A stretch of 64,000 bases of DNA from Kofleriaceae bacterium. GTDB lineage: Bacteria > Myxococcota_A > Polyangia > Haliangiales > Haliangiaceae. How positions within the stretch are numbered: the first letter of the stretch is position 1; each line of letters starts with the position of its first letter. Shown in pieces: positions 47,899 through 56,167 of this stretch. Both the position numbers and the translations under genes were made by a program. Location: NCBI GenBank assembly GCA_036489755.1, contig DASXFD010000009.1, positions 16,304 through 80,303 on the forward strand, written 5' to 3'. The notes below the pieces were generated by a model, which made no database searches, was not told the origin of the DNA, and was given only the letters and a program-made list of their open reading frames with translations.

Positions 47899-48102
47899 TT
47901 AGCCGCCCGCGCCGGATCCTGCGCCCCCGCCGTTGGTACTGCCACCACCACCGCCACCGCCACCGCCACCATTGCCGCCGGCGGCACCAGTCCCGTTTCC
48001 CCCGCCCGCTGGCGCGTTTGCGCGACCATCGCCAGACGCCTTTCCCGTCGTGCTTGGCCAGCCCGGGAAGCCCTTACCGCCACCATGATTTCCTTTGCCC
48101 AT
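47899..48102 (-). CDS. 67-aa glycine-rich peptide
   Basis: MGKGNHGGGKGFPGWPSTTGKASGDGRANAPAGGGNGTGAAGGNGGGGGGGGGGSTNGGGAGSGAGG has 34 Gly of 67 residues. AAGGAG lies 8 nt upstream of the ATG. It stops 25 nt before the next gene. Confidence 0.55.
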   Translation of the reverse strand: MGKGNHGGGKGFPGWPSTTGKASGDGRANAPAGGGNGTGAAGGNGGGGGGGGGGSTNGGGAGSGAGG

Positions 48103-48230
48103 ATCGCATGCTCCTTCGAATGTCCTCGAGATTGAGGATCAGCACGAAGAGCATGACTTCGAGGCGCGCGCGCGCATCCGGGCGAAGCGGTCGGAGATCG
48201 ATGGAACCGTCGAGCGCGACCGTGTGCAGG

Positions 48231-49130
48231 CTATCTGCCAACGTGAACATCAAACTCGGGATGGACACGCCGAAATAGGTCGAGAACTTCCTGCCTCCGC
48301 ACGTCCATCTCGCGTATCGCGCTCGCTGTCATCTCATGCATCGAGCATTCTGGTTTGTCGCACCCGCACGGCCTGATTTCCTTGGCGCGAACCAGTTCGT
48401 CAAACTTGCTGCGCAAGCTCACCAGCGCAGACTCGGTCTGCTTAAGCCTCTTCATTGCTGCTGCGCTCTTCAATTCGTGGCGTGATGGGATTCGTCCCAA
48501 AGCGACACCATCACGCGTTTTTTGGACGCCTGTGTTCAGCGCCATGATCGTGTCGGTAAGCGCAGCCTTGAAATCCGCTAACGAGCTCTCGCCGTGGAAC
48601 GGCGTCGTAAACGCTGGGCGGTCAAAGGCAGCCGCCATCAACCTCAATGTCTCGACATCGCCGAGCTTCTTCGCCGGCCGCGGAAATCCCTTCCAGTGCT
48701 TTGCTATGAGCGCTTCGTCGGCTGCGAGGTCCGCGATGATGTCGTCCCAGAAGACAATCTCTGCACGAAACGGCAGGCCGTCGTTGCGCGAGTACAAGCG
48801 CAGTTCGGCTTGAAGCCGTGCATCGCGATCTCCGCTTGTGAGCACCAAGAACTCGCCGAGCCCACCCGGGAACGCTTTCGCGTTCTCAATATCGCCCGTG
48901 AACATCTTGAGCTTCAGAGCGTTGGTGTTCTTGCACTGCGCGCCAGCTGTCTTACCGTTCAGCCAACTCGGCTTGCCGAGGATGTCGACGCCGCCCTGCC
49001 GTTGCCCTCGACGCCCGTTCAACGCGGCATGTCGGTCGTTCCAGCGAATGCGCAGAAAATCGACGGAGATCTGTTCGAACTCGTCCTCGCTTCGAGGCTT
49101 CGGCCACTTGGATGTGCTCGGGCTCGGCAT
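48231..49130 (-). CDS. PD-(D/E)xK (Mrr_cat-like) restriction-endonuclease-fold protein with unknown C-terminal domain
   Basis: The N-terminus EDEFEQISVDFL...GRRGQRQGGVDILG...GAQCK matches the Mrr catalytic-core pattern (E...D(I/V)...QCK). The C-terminal 150 aa are helical with a CGCDKPEC motif. Confidence 0.7.
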   Translation of the reverse strand: MPSPSTSKWPKPRSEDEFEQISVDFLRIRWNDRHAALNGRRGQRQGGVDILGKPSWLNGKTAGAQCKNTNALKLKMFTGDIENAKAFPGGLGEFLVLTSGDRDARLQAELRLYSRNDGLPFRAEIVFWDDIIADLAADEALIAKHWKGFPRPAKKLGDVETLRLMAAAFDRPAFTTPFHGESSLADFKAALTDTIMALNTGVQKTRDGVALGRIPSRHELKSAAAMKRLKQTESALVSLRSKFDELVRAKEIRPCGCDKPECSMHEMTASAIREMDVRRQEVLDLFRRVHPEFDVHVGR

Positions 49131-49301
49131 CTTGTCGCTAGCATTCTACGGCACGATGACAGTTGCGGCTTGCAGTGCTGTGAAACGGAACGTCCTCTAG
49201 CTGGATGGCTGGCGGACCGATGATGTTGCGGCCCGCGCCGACCGGGCGGAGGCGGCCATGAACAGACCGATGACGAGGTTCTCGACGTCGCTCACGAGCC
49301 T

Positions 49302-50303
49302 CTAGCGTAACAAGCGTTCGCCGAACTCTTCGAGCACGGCGGCCCACGAGTCTGCAGCCCAAAATTCGCCCGGCTTGATCGTGATCCACGCTTGGTACGC
49401 GATGAAATATGCCGCCCAGGCGCGTGCGGCGCGGCGCTCGTTCGGCGTGAACTCATCGCCGCGCGCGGCTTCATAGTCGGCGATGAAGCCGATCACGTCG
49501 TCGTAGGTTGGCGTGTTGCGCGTCATCGATTGCGACCAGTCCGCGATGTGGCCGTGCGCATCGATCCCGACGATCCGCGTTTCGGGCAGTACGGCGAGTG
49601 AGTCCCAATCGTACGTCGCGACGATTTGATCGCCGCGCGCTTTGACGTGCTCGACGCGCCAATCGCCATGTGCGAGGACCAGCGGCGACGGCTCCGCTTC
49701 GGCGATCGCGCGCGCGCGGCTCGCGAGATCGCGAACCCACGCGGTATCGGCCTCGCTCGGCTGGAACAACTTGCTGTGCGGTTGCGCGAACACACGATCG
49801 CGCGGCAGTGCGAAGCGCTGCAATGCAACGGGGCGATGCTTGAGCAGCTGCATGTGCTCGACGAGGCCGCGCGCGAGCACCGAACGTGGCGCCGGATCAG
49901 CGGGTGGCAGATAGGTCTCGATCGTCGCGAGGCCTGCGCCTAGTGGCAATGGGCCGACGAGCGGCTGCGGACATGGAAAGCCCGCCGTGTGCAGCGTGCG
50001 TTGCGCGGCAACAATAGCCTCGAGCGAGGCGCGATCAAATGGCAGACCGGGATTGGTGGCGGCCGGTGGTTTCGCTTTGACAACGACCTCGCGACCATCA
50101 TCGAGCCCGACGCCATGAACGCTGCTGATGCTCGTCGCTTGAAACAAGTAGCCAGCGATCGACGCGTGCAGCGTGCTGCGAACGAACGCATCGACCGCGG
50201 CGAAGATGCGCTCCGGATCGCCCGTGGAGAAGATGTCGAGCTCGACGAACGGCGTCTCCCATTGCGCGAGCTGTTCGGCGATGACGGCAACGGCGTCGCG
50301 CAT
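49302..50303 (-). CDS. Aminoglycoside-phosphotransferase-like (APH / kinase-like fold) protein
   Basis: 333 aa. LAHGDWRVEHV (HGD-x4-N/H Brenner motif) and TYDWDS (metal-binding Asp). Confidence 0.75.
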   Translation of the reverse strand: MRDAVAVIAEQLAQWETPFVELDIFSTGDPERIFAAVDAFVRSTLHASIAGYLFQATSISSVHGVGLDDGREVVVKAKPPAATNPGLPFDRASLEAIVAAQRTLHTAGFPCPQPLVGPLPLGAGLATIETYLPPADPAPRSVLARGLVEHMQLLKHRPVALQRFALPRDRVFAQPHSKLFQPSEADTAWVRDLASRARAIAEAEPSPLVLAHGDWRVEHVKARGDQIVATYDWDSLAVLPETRIVGIDAHGHIADWSQSMTRNTPTYDDVIGFIADYEAARGDEFTPNERRAARAWAAYFIAYQAWITIKPGEFWAADSWAAVLEEFGERLLR

Positions 50304-50313
50304 GGCGCCTAGT

Positions 50314-51225
50314 CTAGGGCATGTCTCATAACCGGTCGCGATCCAAGTGCGCGGAGTTCGATCGGTTTTTGCGTGGGATCGACGGTGGATCTTGTCTCTG
50401 ATCTACTCGGTTCGTGGACCTCACCGAGGCGCAGTGGAGCGCCATAGAGCCGTACATTCCTCGTCGAGAATTGCGTCCGCCGACTAAGAAAGGTGGGCGG
50501 CCTTGGCGGTCGGCGAGAGACGTTCTTGATGGCGTGCTGTGGGTGCTCCGCACCGGAGCTCCGTGGGCCGATCTACCGCGTCGATATCCGCCGTATCAAA
50601 CGTGCCATCGACGCTTTCAACGCTGGGTCGCCGACAAGACGTTGCCAAAGATCTTGGCCGGACTGCGACACGACCTCGAAACGCGAGGCGGGATCGAAGA
50701 CGTGGAGGGATACATCGACGGGACCTACGTTCCGGCGAAAAAAGGGGGGACCTCGTTGGCCGCTGTCGCGCGGGGAATGCCACGAAGGTCATGGCTATCG
50801 CAGACCGCAATGGTCTTCCACTCGCTCTCTATCTTGCGAGCGGAAATCGATACGACAGTGTGCTCACCGAGCGAACTCTCGACGCTGCTTTCGTGGCCAA
50901 GCTACCGCCCCGCTTGATCGGCGACCGAGCCTGGGATGCGGGTGTGCTTCAGCAACGGCTCTGGGACGAACGCAAGATCGACCTGATCGCGCCGAAGCGT
51001 GGCGGTCAGCGGCCGAGTCGACGCAAGCAAGACGGACGCAAGCTCCGCCGTTACAAGCGACGCTGGCGCGTCGAATGGCTGTTCTCTCAACTCAAACGAT
51101 TTCGCCGACTCGCCACCCGCTGGGAGCTGAAGGCAGCCAACTTCTTCGGCTTCCTTCAACTCGCGAGTTGCGTCCTGATCCTTCGCGCTCTGCACGGAAG
51201 GACAAGGTTATGAGACATGCCCTAG
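50314..51225 (+). mobile_element. IS5-family (IS427-group-like) insertion sequence, 912 bp
   Basis: Perfect 20-bp terminal inverted repeats CTAGGGCATGTCTCATAACC (50314-50333; reverse complement at 51206-51225) bracket a two-frame transposase. Confidence 0.9.
50414..51213 (+). CDS. IS5-family DDE transposase, two ORFs joined by a -1 frameshift or slippage at A6G6
   Basis: OrfA (50414-, MDLTEAQWSAIEPYIP...WRSARDVLDGVLWVLRTGAPWADLP) and OrfB (to 51213, ...IADRNGLP...LIGDRAWD...RWRVEWLFSQLKRFRRLATRWE) overlap at AAAAAAGGGGGG (50738-50749). Confidence 0.85.
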
Positions 51226-51746
51226 ACACGCTCCGCGGCGGCTGCGCCGGCGGCGAAGGTCAGTCCGGACAGGCGCCAGGCGGTGGTGGCGGTGCGATCG
51301 ATCTCGTCTCCGGCGGAGCGATCATGATCAACGGCTACGTGCTCGCCGGTGGCGGTGGTGGTGCAGGTGGCGGCGGACCTCACGGAGGTGGTGGTGGAGG
51401 AGCCGGCGGGATGATCGTGTTCGATGCCGCGCAAGGCACGCAGATCGGGTCTGCGGGTAATGTCGATGCGAATGGCGGCGGCGGTGGGCAAGGTCAGCTA
51501 CCCGGTCACAACGGAATGCCCGGCGCGGACTCGACCTCGGCGCTCGTCGATGCGGTCGGCGGCAACGATCCGATGGCTGGCGGTTCCGGCGGCTCCGGCT
51601 CGTTCGGCTCGGACGGCGCTGGCTCTGGACAGGCTCGACCCGCGAGCGCCGGTGGTGGCGGCGGCGGTGGCTCGGGAGCCGTCCTGATCTGGGGTTGCTT
51701 CTCGAACGACGGCGCTATCTCGCCTGCTGCCGACGTGCCGAACTAG
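51226..51746 (+). pseudogene. 3' fragment of a Gly-rich beta-helix-like gene, truncated at the IS end
   Basis: It begins directly at the right IR. GGCAGGEGQ..GGGGGAIDLVSGGAIMINGYVLAGGGGG... parallels GGCSGGSGS..GGAGGGAVQLVAGSSIELVGIVNVGGGGG of the 36949-38433 product. There is no own start codon or N-terminal domain. Confidence 0.7.
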
Positions 51747-51755
51747 ATCCGAAAT

Positions 51756-52622
51756 CTAGACAAGGTCGAGTTGGAGCATCTCCCGGCGTGAGAGCTCGCG
51801 CAGCCCGGCAGCAGCATGGAGCGCGAGCGAGGCGCGATTGCTCGATGCAATCAGCGCGCGAACCTCGAGCGCGCCGGCGCGTCCTGCGATGTCGATCGCA
51901 TGGTCGACGAGCGCGCGCGCGATGCCGCGGCGCCGCCAATGGGGCGCGACTCCGACTTGGTCGATCAGCGCGTGATCGATCGGCTCGTAGTCGCGGAGCA
52001 TGATCAGGAAGCTGGCCGGGCGATCCTCGTCGAACCAAACGCCCGAGCCGTCGGGCCATGCGCGAGCTTGCAGATGTCTCGCGTCATCGAGTGACATCGG
52101 CGCGCTGTTGTCGATCTCGAGCATCGAAGCATCATGCACTTCGCGCAACACTTCCGGCGCGACCGTCGCGAGCGGGACCCGCACGAGTCCCGCGGGCGGC
52201 GTGGCGGCGCGCGGCTCAGCCGCGCATGCCATCGTCACGAAATGGAGCTGGACGCTGAAACCGCGCGAGACCAGCACCGCGCGCTTGCGGCCCTCGCTGT
52301 CAGCGCAACCGATGCGGATCCATGCTGCGCCGGCCGCACGAGCGCGGGCGACCAACTCATCAACGAGCAGCGACGCCGCGCGGTCGTCGCGCGCAAGCAC
52401 CGGCGAGCCAACGAACTCGCGACCGAGCTCGACCCAGCCGGCCACGCCCGCGACCGTTCCGTCGTCGACCGCGACCATGACCTGACGTCCGTGACCATGG
52501 TTTGGATCCCAGAGCTGCCGCTCGAGCATCGCGGCGCTCCATGCCATGGCGGATCCGACGATCGCGCGGTGCATCGCGACGAGCGCGGGGACATCACGTC
52601 GATCGAGCGCGCGAACGTACAT
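51756..52622 (-). CDS. Tandem-GNAT acetyltransferase (MshD-like architecture)
   Basis: ATG at 52622 (MYVRALDRRD). Two GNAT halves, the second carrying VAPHWRRRGIARAL (Q/R-x-x-G-x-A). Confidence 0.75.
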   Translation of the reverse strand: MYVRALDRRDVPALVAMHRAIVGSAMAWSAAMLERQLWDPNHGHGRQVMVAVDDGTVAGVAGWVELGREFVGSPVLARDDRAASLLVDELVARARAAGAAWIRIGCADSEGRKRAVLVSRGFSVQLHFVTMACAAEPRAATPPAGLVRVPLATVAPEVLREVHDASMLEIDNSAPMSLDDARHLQARAWPDGSGVWFDEDRPASFLIMLRDYEPIDHALIDQVGVAPHWRRRGIARALVDHAIDIAGRAGALEVRALIASSNRASLALHAAAGLRELSRREMLQLDLV

Positions 52623-52706
52623 ATGAGATCTTCCCACGCCAGATGGCCAGGTTGCGTAGCGCGGCGAATGTTTCGTCACACTCGACCGGAGCCGGCACTG
52701 CAGCGC

Positions 52707-53978
52707 ATGAAACATTCATTGCTACTGTCAGCAACCGCGCTCGTCACGGGCTGCGCTGTCGCGCCCGATGCGACGGTCGGGACCACAGCTGATCCGATCA
52801 CGGTCGTGACCCGCGCCGACGCGACCTGCACGTTGTCACTCGCGCGCGATCCGAGCGACGCGATCACCGTCTACGCCGACGACCGCGGCGCTGCGACGTT
52901 CTCCGCGCTGCATGCCACGGCTGGCGATCCGGATGCTGCGCTCACGCTTGCCTGTCACGACGACACTGGCTGGACGCAGTCGTACGAGCTTGACCGCAGC
53001 GCGGACGCAACCTTCCTACCGCCCACAAACCTGCCGGCCGGCACCGTCCGTCCTGCGCTGACCGGCGATCCGCTGAGCTACTCATCCGCCGACCTGCTCG
53101 CACGCGGCTACGGCATGCGGCCCGACCCGACGACTGATCCGGAGCACTACGCGTTGTGGTTGCAGGCCGCGCAGCAACCGGCGCGCAAGATCACCACGCC
53201 GCCGCGCGATACGGAGCTCACGTTCGCGAGCAACTCGTCGTCGCTGAGCTGGGGTGGCGGCATGTTGCGCGCGACCCAGGACTGCTTCATCCACGGCGCG
53301 TGCTGGTGGACGCAGCACTTCATCTTCTCGTTCGGCGTCATCACCGTGCCGCAGCCGACGTTCACGACTGGCAAGCTCGTGGGCGAGTGGACCGGCCTCG
53401 GCGGCTACAGCAACGACACTCTCTTGCTCCAAGACGGCATCGCCATCCAATCGCTCTTCGGAGGCGCCGCGTTCGTAGACTCGGGCTTCCGCGAGTACTT
53501 CGGCGCTGGCACCGGCGCCGGCTATTCGACCGCGCAGACCATCATTAGTGGCGTGCAGCCCGACGACCTCGTAATCGCGCAGTCGTGGGCCTGCGATGCC
53601 AACGGCAACGAATCGCTCGCTGGCGGCTACGGCTGCTACTACCTGTCCGATATATCGCGCGGCATGTACGTCGAGTGCGAGACGCAATCCGGCTCGTGCT
53701 TTTCGCTCCCTGTCCAGAGCGGCACGTTCGAAGGCTCCACTGCGGAGATGGTGGTCGAGAAAGATTCCAATAACCCGTCCGTTGGTATGCCGAACTTCGG
53801 CACGATCACGCCGTCGCTCGATGCCTACGACTCGACGGGCGCGAAGGTCTACTTCGGCAGCGCCCCCAACCAGTCAATCAACCTCGCTATGGCCGGTGGT
53901 CCCGAGACCCTCGTGACCGCGGCGGTGAGCTCGTCGAACGACTCGGTCGCGATCACGTTCGAGCAGAGCAATTACTGA
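52707..53978 (+). CDS. Peptidase G1 (eqolisin/scytalidoglutamic)-like lipoprotein
   Basis: ATG at 52707. Lipobox ALVTGC. WTGLGGYSNDTLLLQDGI resembles the G1 W.G.DG....(I/L)LQ(T/D)G motif (catalytic Gln). STAEMVVEK resembles AEWIVE (catalytic Glu). Confidence 0.6.
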   Translation: MKHSLLLSATALVTGCAVAPDATVGTTADPITVVTRADATCTLSLARDPSDAITVYADDRGAATFSALHATAGDPDAALTLACHDDTGWTQSYELDRSADATFLPPTNLPAGTVRPALTGDPLSYSSADLLARGYGMRPDPTTDPEHYALWLQAAQQPARKITTPPRDTELTFASNSSSLSWGGGMLRATQDCFIHGACWWTQHFIFSFGVITVPQPTFTTGKLVGEWTGLGGYSNDTLLLQDGIAIQSLFGGAAFVDSGFREYFGAGTGAGYSTAQTIISGVQPDDLVIAQSWACDANGNESLAGGYGCYYLSDISRGMYVECETQSGSCFSLPVQSGTFEGSTAEMVVEKDSNNPSVGMPNFGTITPSLDAYDSTGAKVYFGSAPNQSINLAMAGGPETLVTAAVSSSNDSVAITFEQSNY

Positions 53979-54885
53979 GCGCCCACTAAACCTCGCGTCG
54001 CTGCGAGTGAGAGTTGCGACCAAGCAGTCGGCCGATCTCGCGTTTCAGCTCGTCGACCTTGTCCTGCTGATTGCGGATCTGTTTCGACAGCTCTGCAACC
54101 TTGTGCAGGAGGGTTTCGATGCTCTCGATCGATGTCATGGCGAGGTTTGAAATCGCGATCGCGTTACCGTCAGAGCGTTTTCGCGTGATCGGGTCCGAGC
54201 GCCAGCATGCGATCGGACACCGAGACGCAGATACCAGCCGCCGATGGCCTGTCACAGGTAACGGTGGGTGAGTTGGCGGCGATGTCGGCATCGCCCTCGT
54301 CGCTTCGCATCGTGACGCGGCACGTGCAAAGCGTATGCGATCAGCGGCAGCATTCTTGCTGAAGCCGAGGGCGTGGACACCCTCGTCGTCGAATATCCAG
54401 AGCTCGAGTCGCTCGATGTTCGAACCGCGATGCGCTTGCTCGCGCGTGGCGTGATGCATCGCTCGATAAGCCCGGAGGATTCGGCGCGGCACTGGTTCCT
54501 GCTCTGGCCGTCGATACCGGCACCTGTCCGTTGCGCCTCGCCGAACCGGGCGTTCGCCGTCGAAGCGTGCGCCGCATGACTGGTTGTCAGAAGCGCTCGT
54601 GCTCGCACGCTCACCGTGCTGGGCTGTCGCGAGCAAGCGGATATGCGCGCGCACGTCTCGACGGAAAGCTGCTCGCTTCGAGGATCGGGTACGGACCTCG
54701 TTCGGTTGCTCGCACGGTGATGCGCCACGGAGCCAGGCGCGTCACCGGTGCCGCTGACAAAGTACGGCCCAACGTCGCGATCGTCGCCGCCGATCGGCGC
54801 TCCGTGCCCGTCGTGCGGCATCGTGTAGCTCTGTCATGCGCGAGTGGTGATCGAAGTAGTGAGTGGCTCGAGTGCGCGCCGTAGC

Positions 54886-56112
54886 TCAGACGCTCTTCGC
54901 GTCGAAGTCGTACGCCTGCTCGCTGTGGAGCGCTGTATCAAGCCCGGCTGCCTCTTCTGCCTCGCTCACCTTGACCGGGGTGATCTTGTTGATCACGAAC
55001 AGCATCCCGTAGGTGAACACGAACGCCCAGACCGACGCGCCCAGCACGGCCACGGTTTGCTTTTCGAGGAATGTGGCGTTACCCGCCAGCAGGCCGTCGG
55101 CACCGTTCGCGTTGACCGCCACGCTCGCGAACACGCCGAGCAGGATCGTCCCGAGCACACCGCCGACACCGTGGACGCCCCACACGTCGAGCGCGTCGTC
55201 CCACTTGAGACGGTTCTTGAGATTCACCGCCAAGTAACAGACGACACCCGAAACCGTGCCGACGATCGCCGCCGTGGTCGTCGTGACATAGCCCGCGCAA
55301 GGCGTGATGGTCGCCAGACCTGCGACCGCGCCGGTGAGCAGGCCCGTGAACTTCACGTTCTTCTCGAACTTCCAGGCCATCAACATCCACACCGGTCCGG
55401 CGAACGACGCGGCGATGTCGGTGTTGAGAAACGCCTGGCCCGTCACCGCATCGACGTGCAGCTCGCTGCCAGCGTTGAACCCGTACCAACCGAACCACAA
55501 GAGGCCAGTCCCCAGCGCGACCAGCGGGATGCTGTGCATGCCGGCGTCCGCGACCCGACGCCGTCCGACGAAGAACACCGACGCGAGCGCGGCCATACCG
55601 GCGGTCGCATGCACGACGATGCCACCAGCGAAGTCGAGCACACCCCACTGCTGGAGCATGCCACCGCCCCAGATCATGTGGACGAACGGGAAGTACACGA
55701 AGAGCAGCCACGCGACCAGGAACAGCACGTATGCGGAGAACCGGATGCGGTTGGCGAACGCGCCCGTGATCAGGGCCGGTGTGATGATCGCGAACATCAT
55801 CTGGTACGCGATAAACACGAACAGCGGGATCTTCGCCGCGCCGGGATACGGCGTGTTCAGACTGAGCCCGTGCAGGAAAGCGTGGTCGAGGTTGCCGATG
55901 ATTCCGTGGTAGTCGCCGCTGAAGCACAACGAATACCCGACGGCCCACCAGACGATCGTCGTCACACCCATCGACACGTAGCTCTGCATCATGATCGCGA
56001 GCACGTTCTTGCGACCGACGAGCCCCCCGTAGAAGAACGCCAACCCCGGCGTCATCAGCATGACCAGACTCGTCGCCAGGAGCATGAAGCCTGTGTTGCC
56101 GGTGTCGAACAT
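54886..56112 (-). CDS. amt: Ammonium transporter
   Basis: 408 aa. GFMLLATSLVMLMTPGLAFFYGG, DFAGG.VVH and HGVGG match Amt/AmtB signatures. Confidence 0.95.
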   Translation of the reverse strand: MFDTGNTGFMLLATSLVMLMTPGLAFFYGGLVGRKNVLAIMMQSYVSMGVTTIVWWAVGYSLCFSGDYHGIIGNLDHAFLHGLSLNTPYPGAAKIPLFVFIAYQMMFAIITPALITGAFANRIRFSAYVLFLVAWLLFVYFPFVHMIWGGGMLQQWGVLDFAGGIVVHATAGMAALASVFFVGRRRVADAGMHSIPLVALGTGLLWFGWYGFNAGSELHVDAVTGQAFLNTDIAASFAGPVWMLMAWKFEKNVKFTGLLTGAVAGLATITPCAGYVTTTTAAIVGTVSGVVCYLAVNLKNRLKWDDALDVWGVHGVGGVLGTILLGVFASVAVNANGADGLLAGNATFLEKQTVAVLGASVWAFVFTYGMLFVINKITPVKVSEAEEAAGLDTALHSEQAYDFDAKSV

Positions 56113-56167
56113 GGCGAGACCCTAACACCAACCCGCGGCGGTCCGAGCTTCGGACGACCTGCGCGGT

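Noticed and set aside
47863-48135. 90-aa plus-strand ORF antisense to the Gly-rich peptide gene
   Set aside because: It is the Ala/Thr/Pro-rich mirror of the GGN repeat, with no SD. The minus-strand frame has the strong AAGGAG.
53986-54821. ORFs 53986..54654 (-) and 54252..54821 (-), 189-222 aa
   Set aside because: They are Ser/Arg/Ala-rich, mutually overlapping in different frames, and carry no motifs. I treat them as decayed or non-coding DNA, except possibly the last 50 codons.
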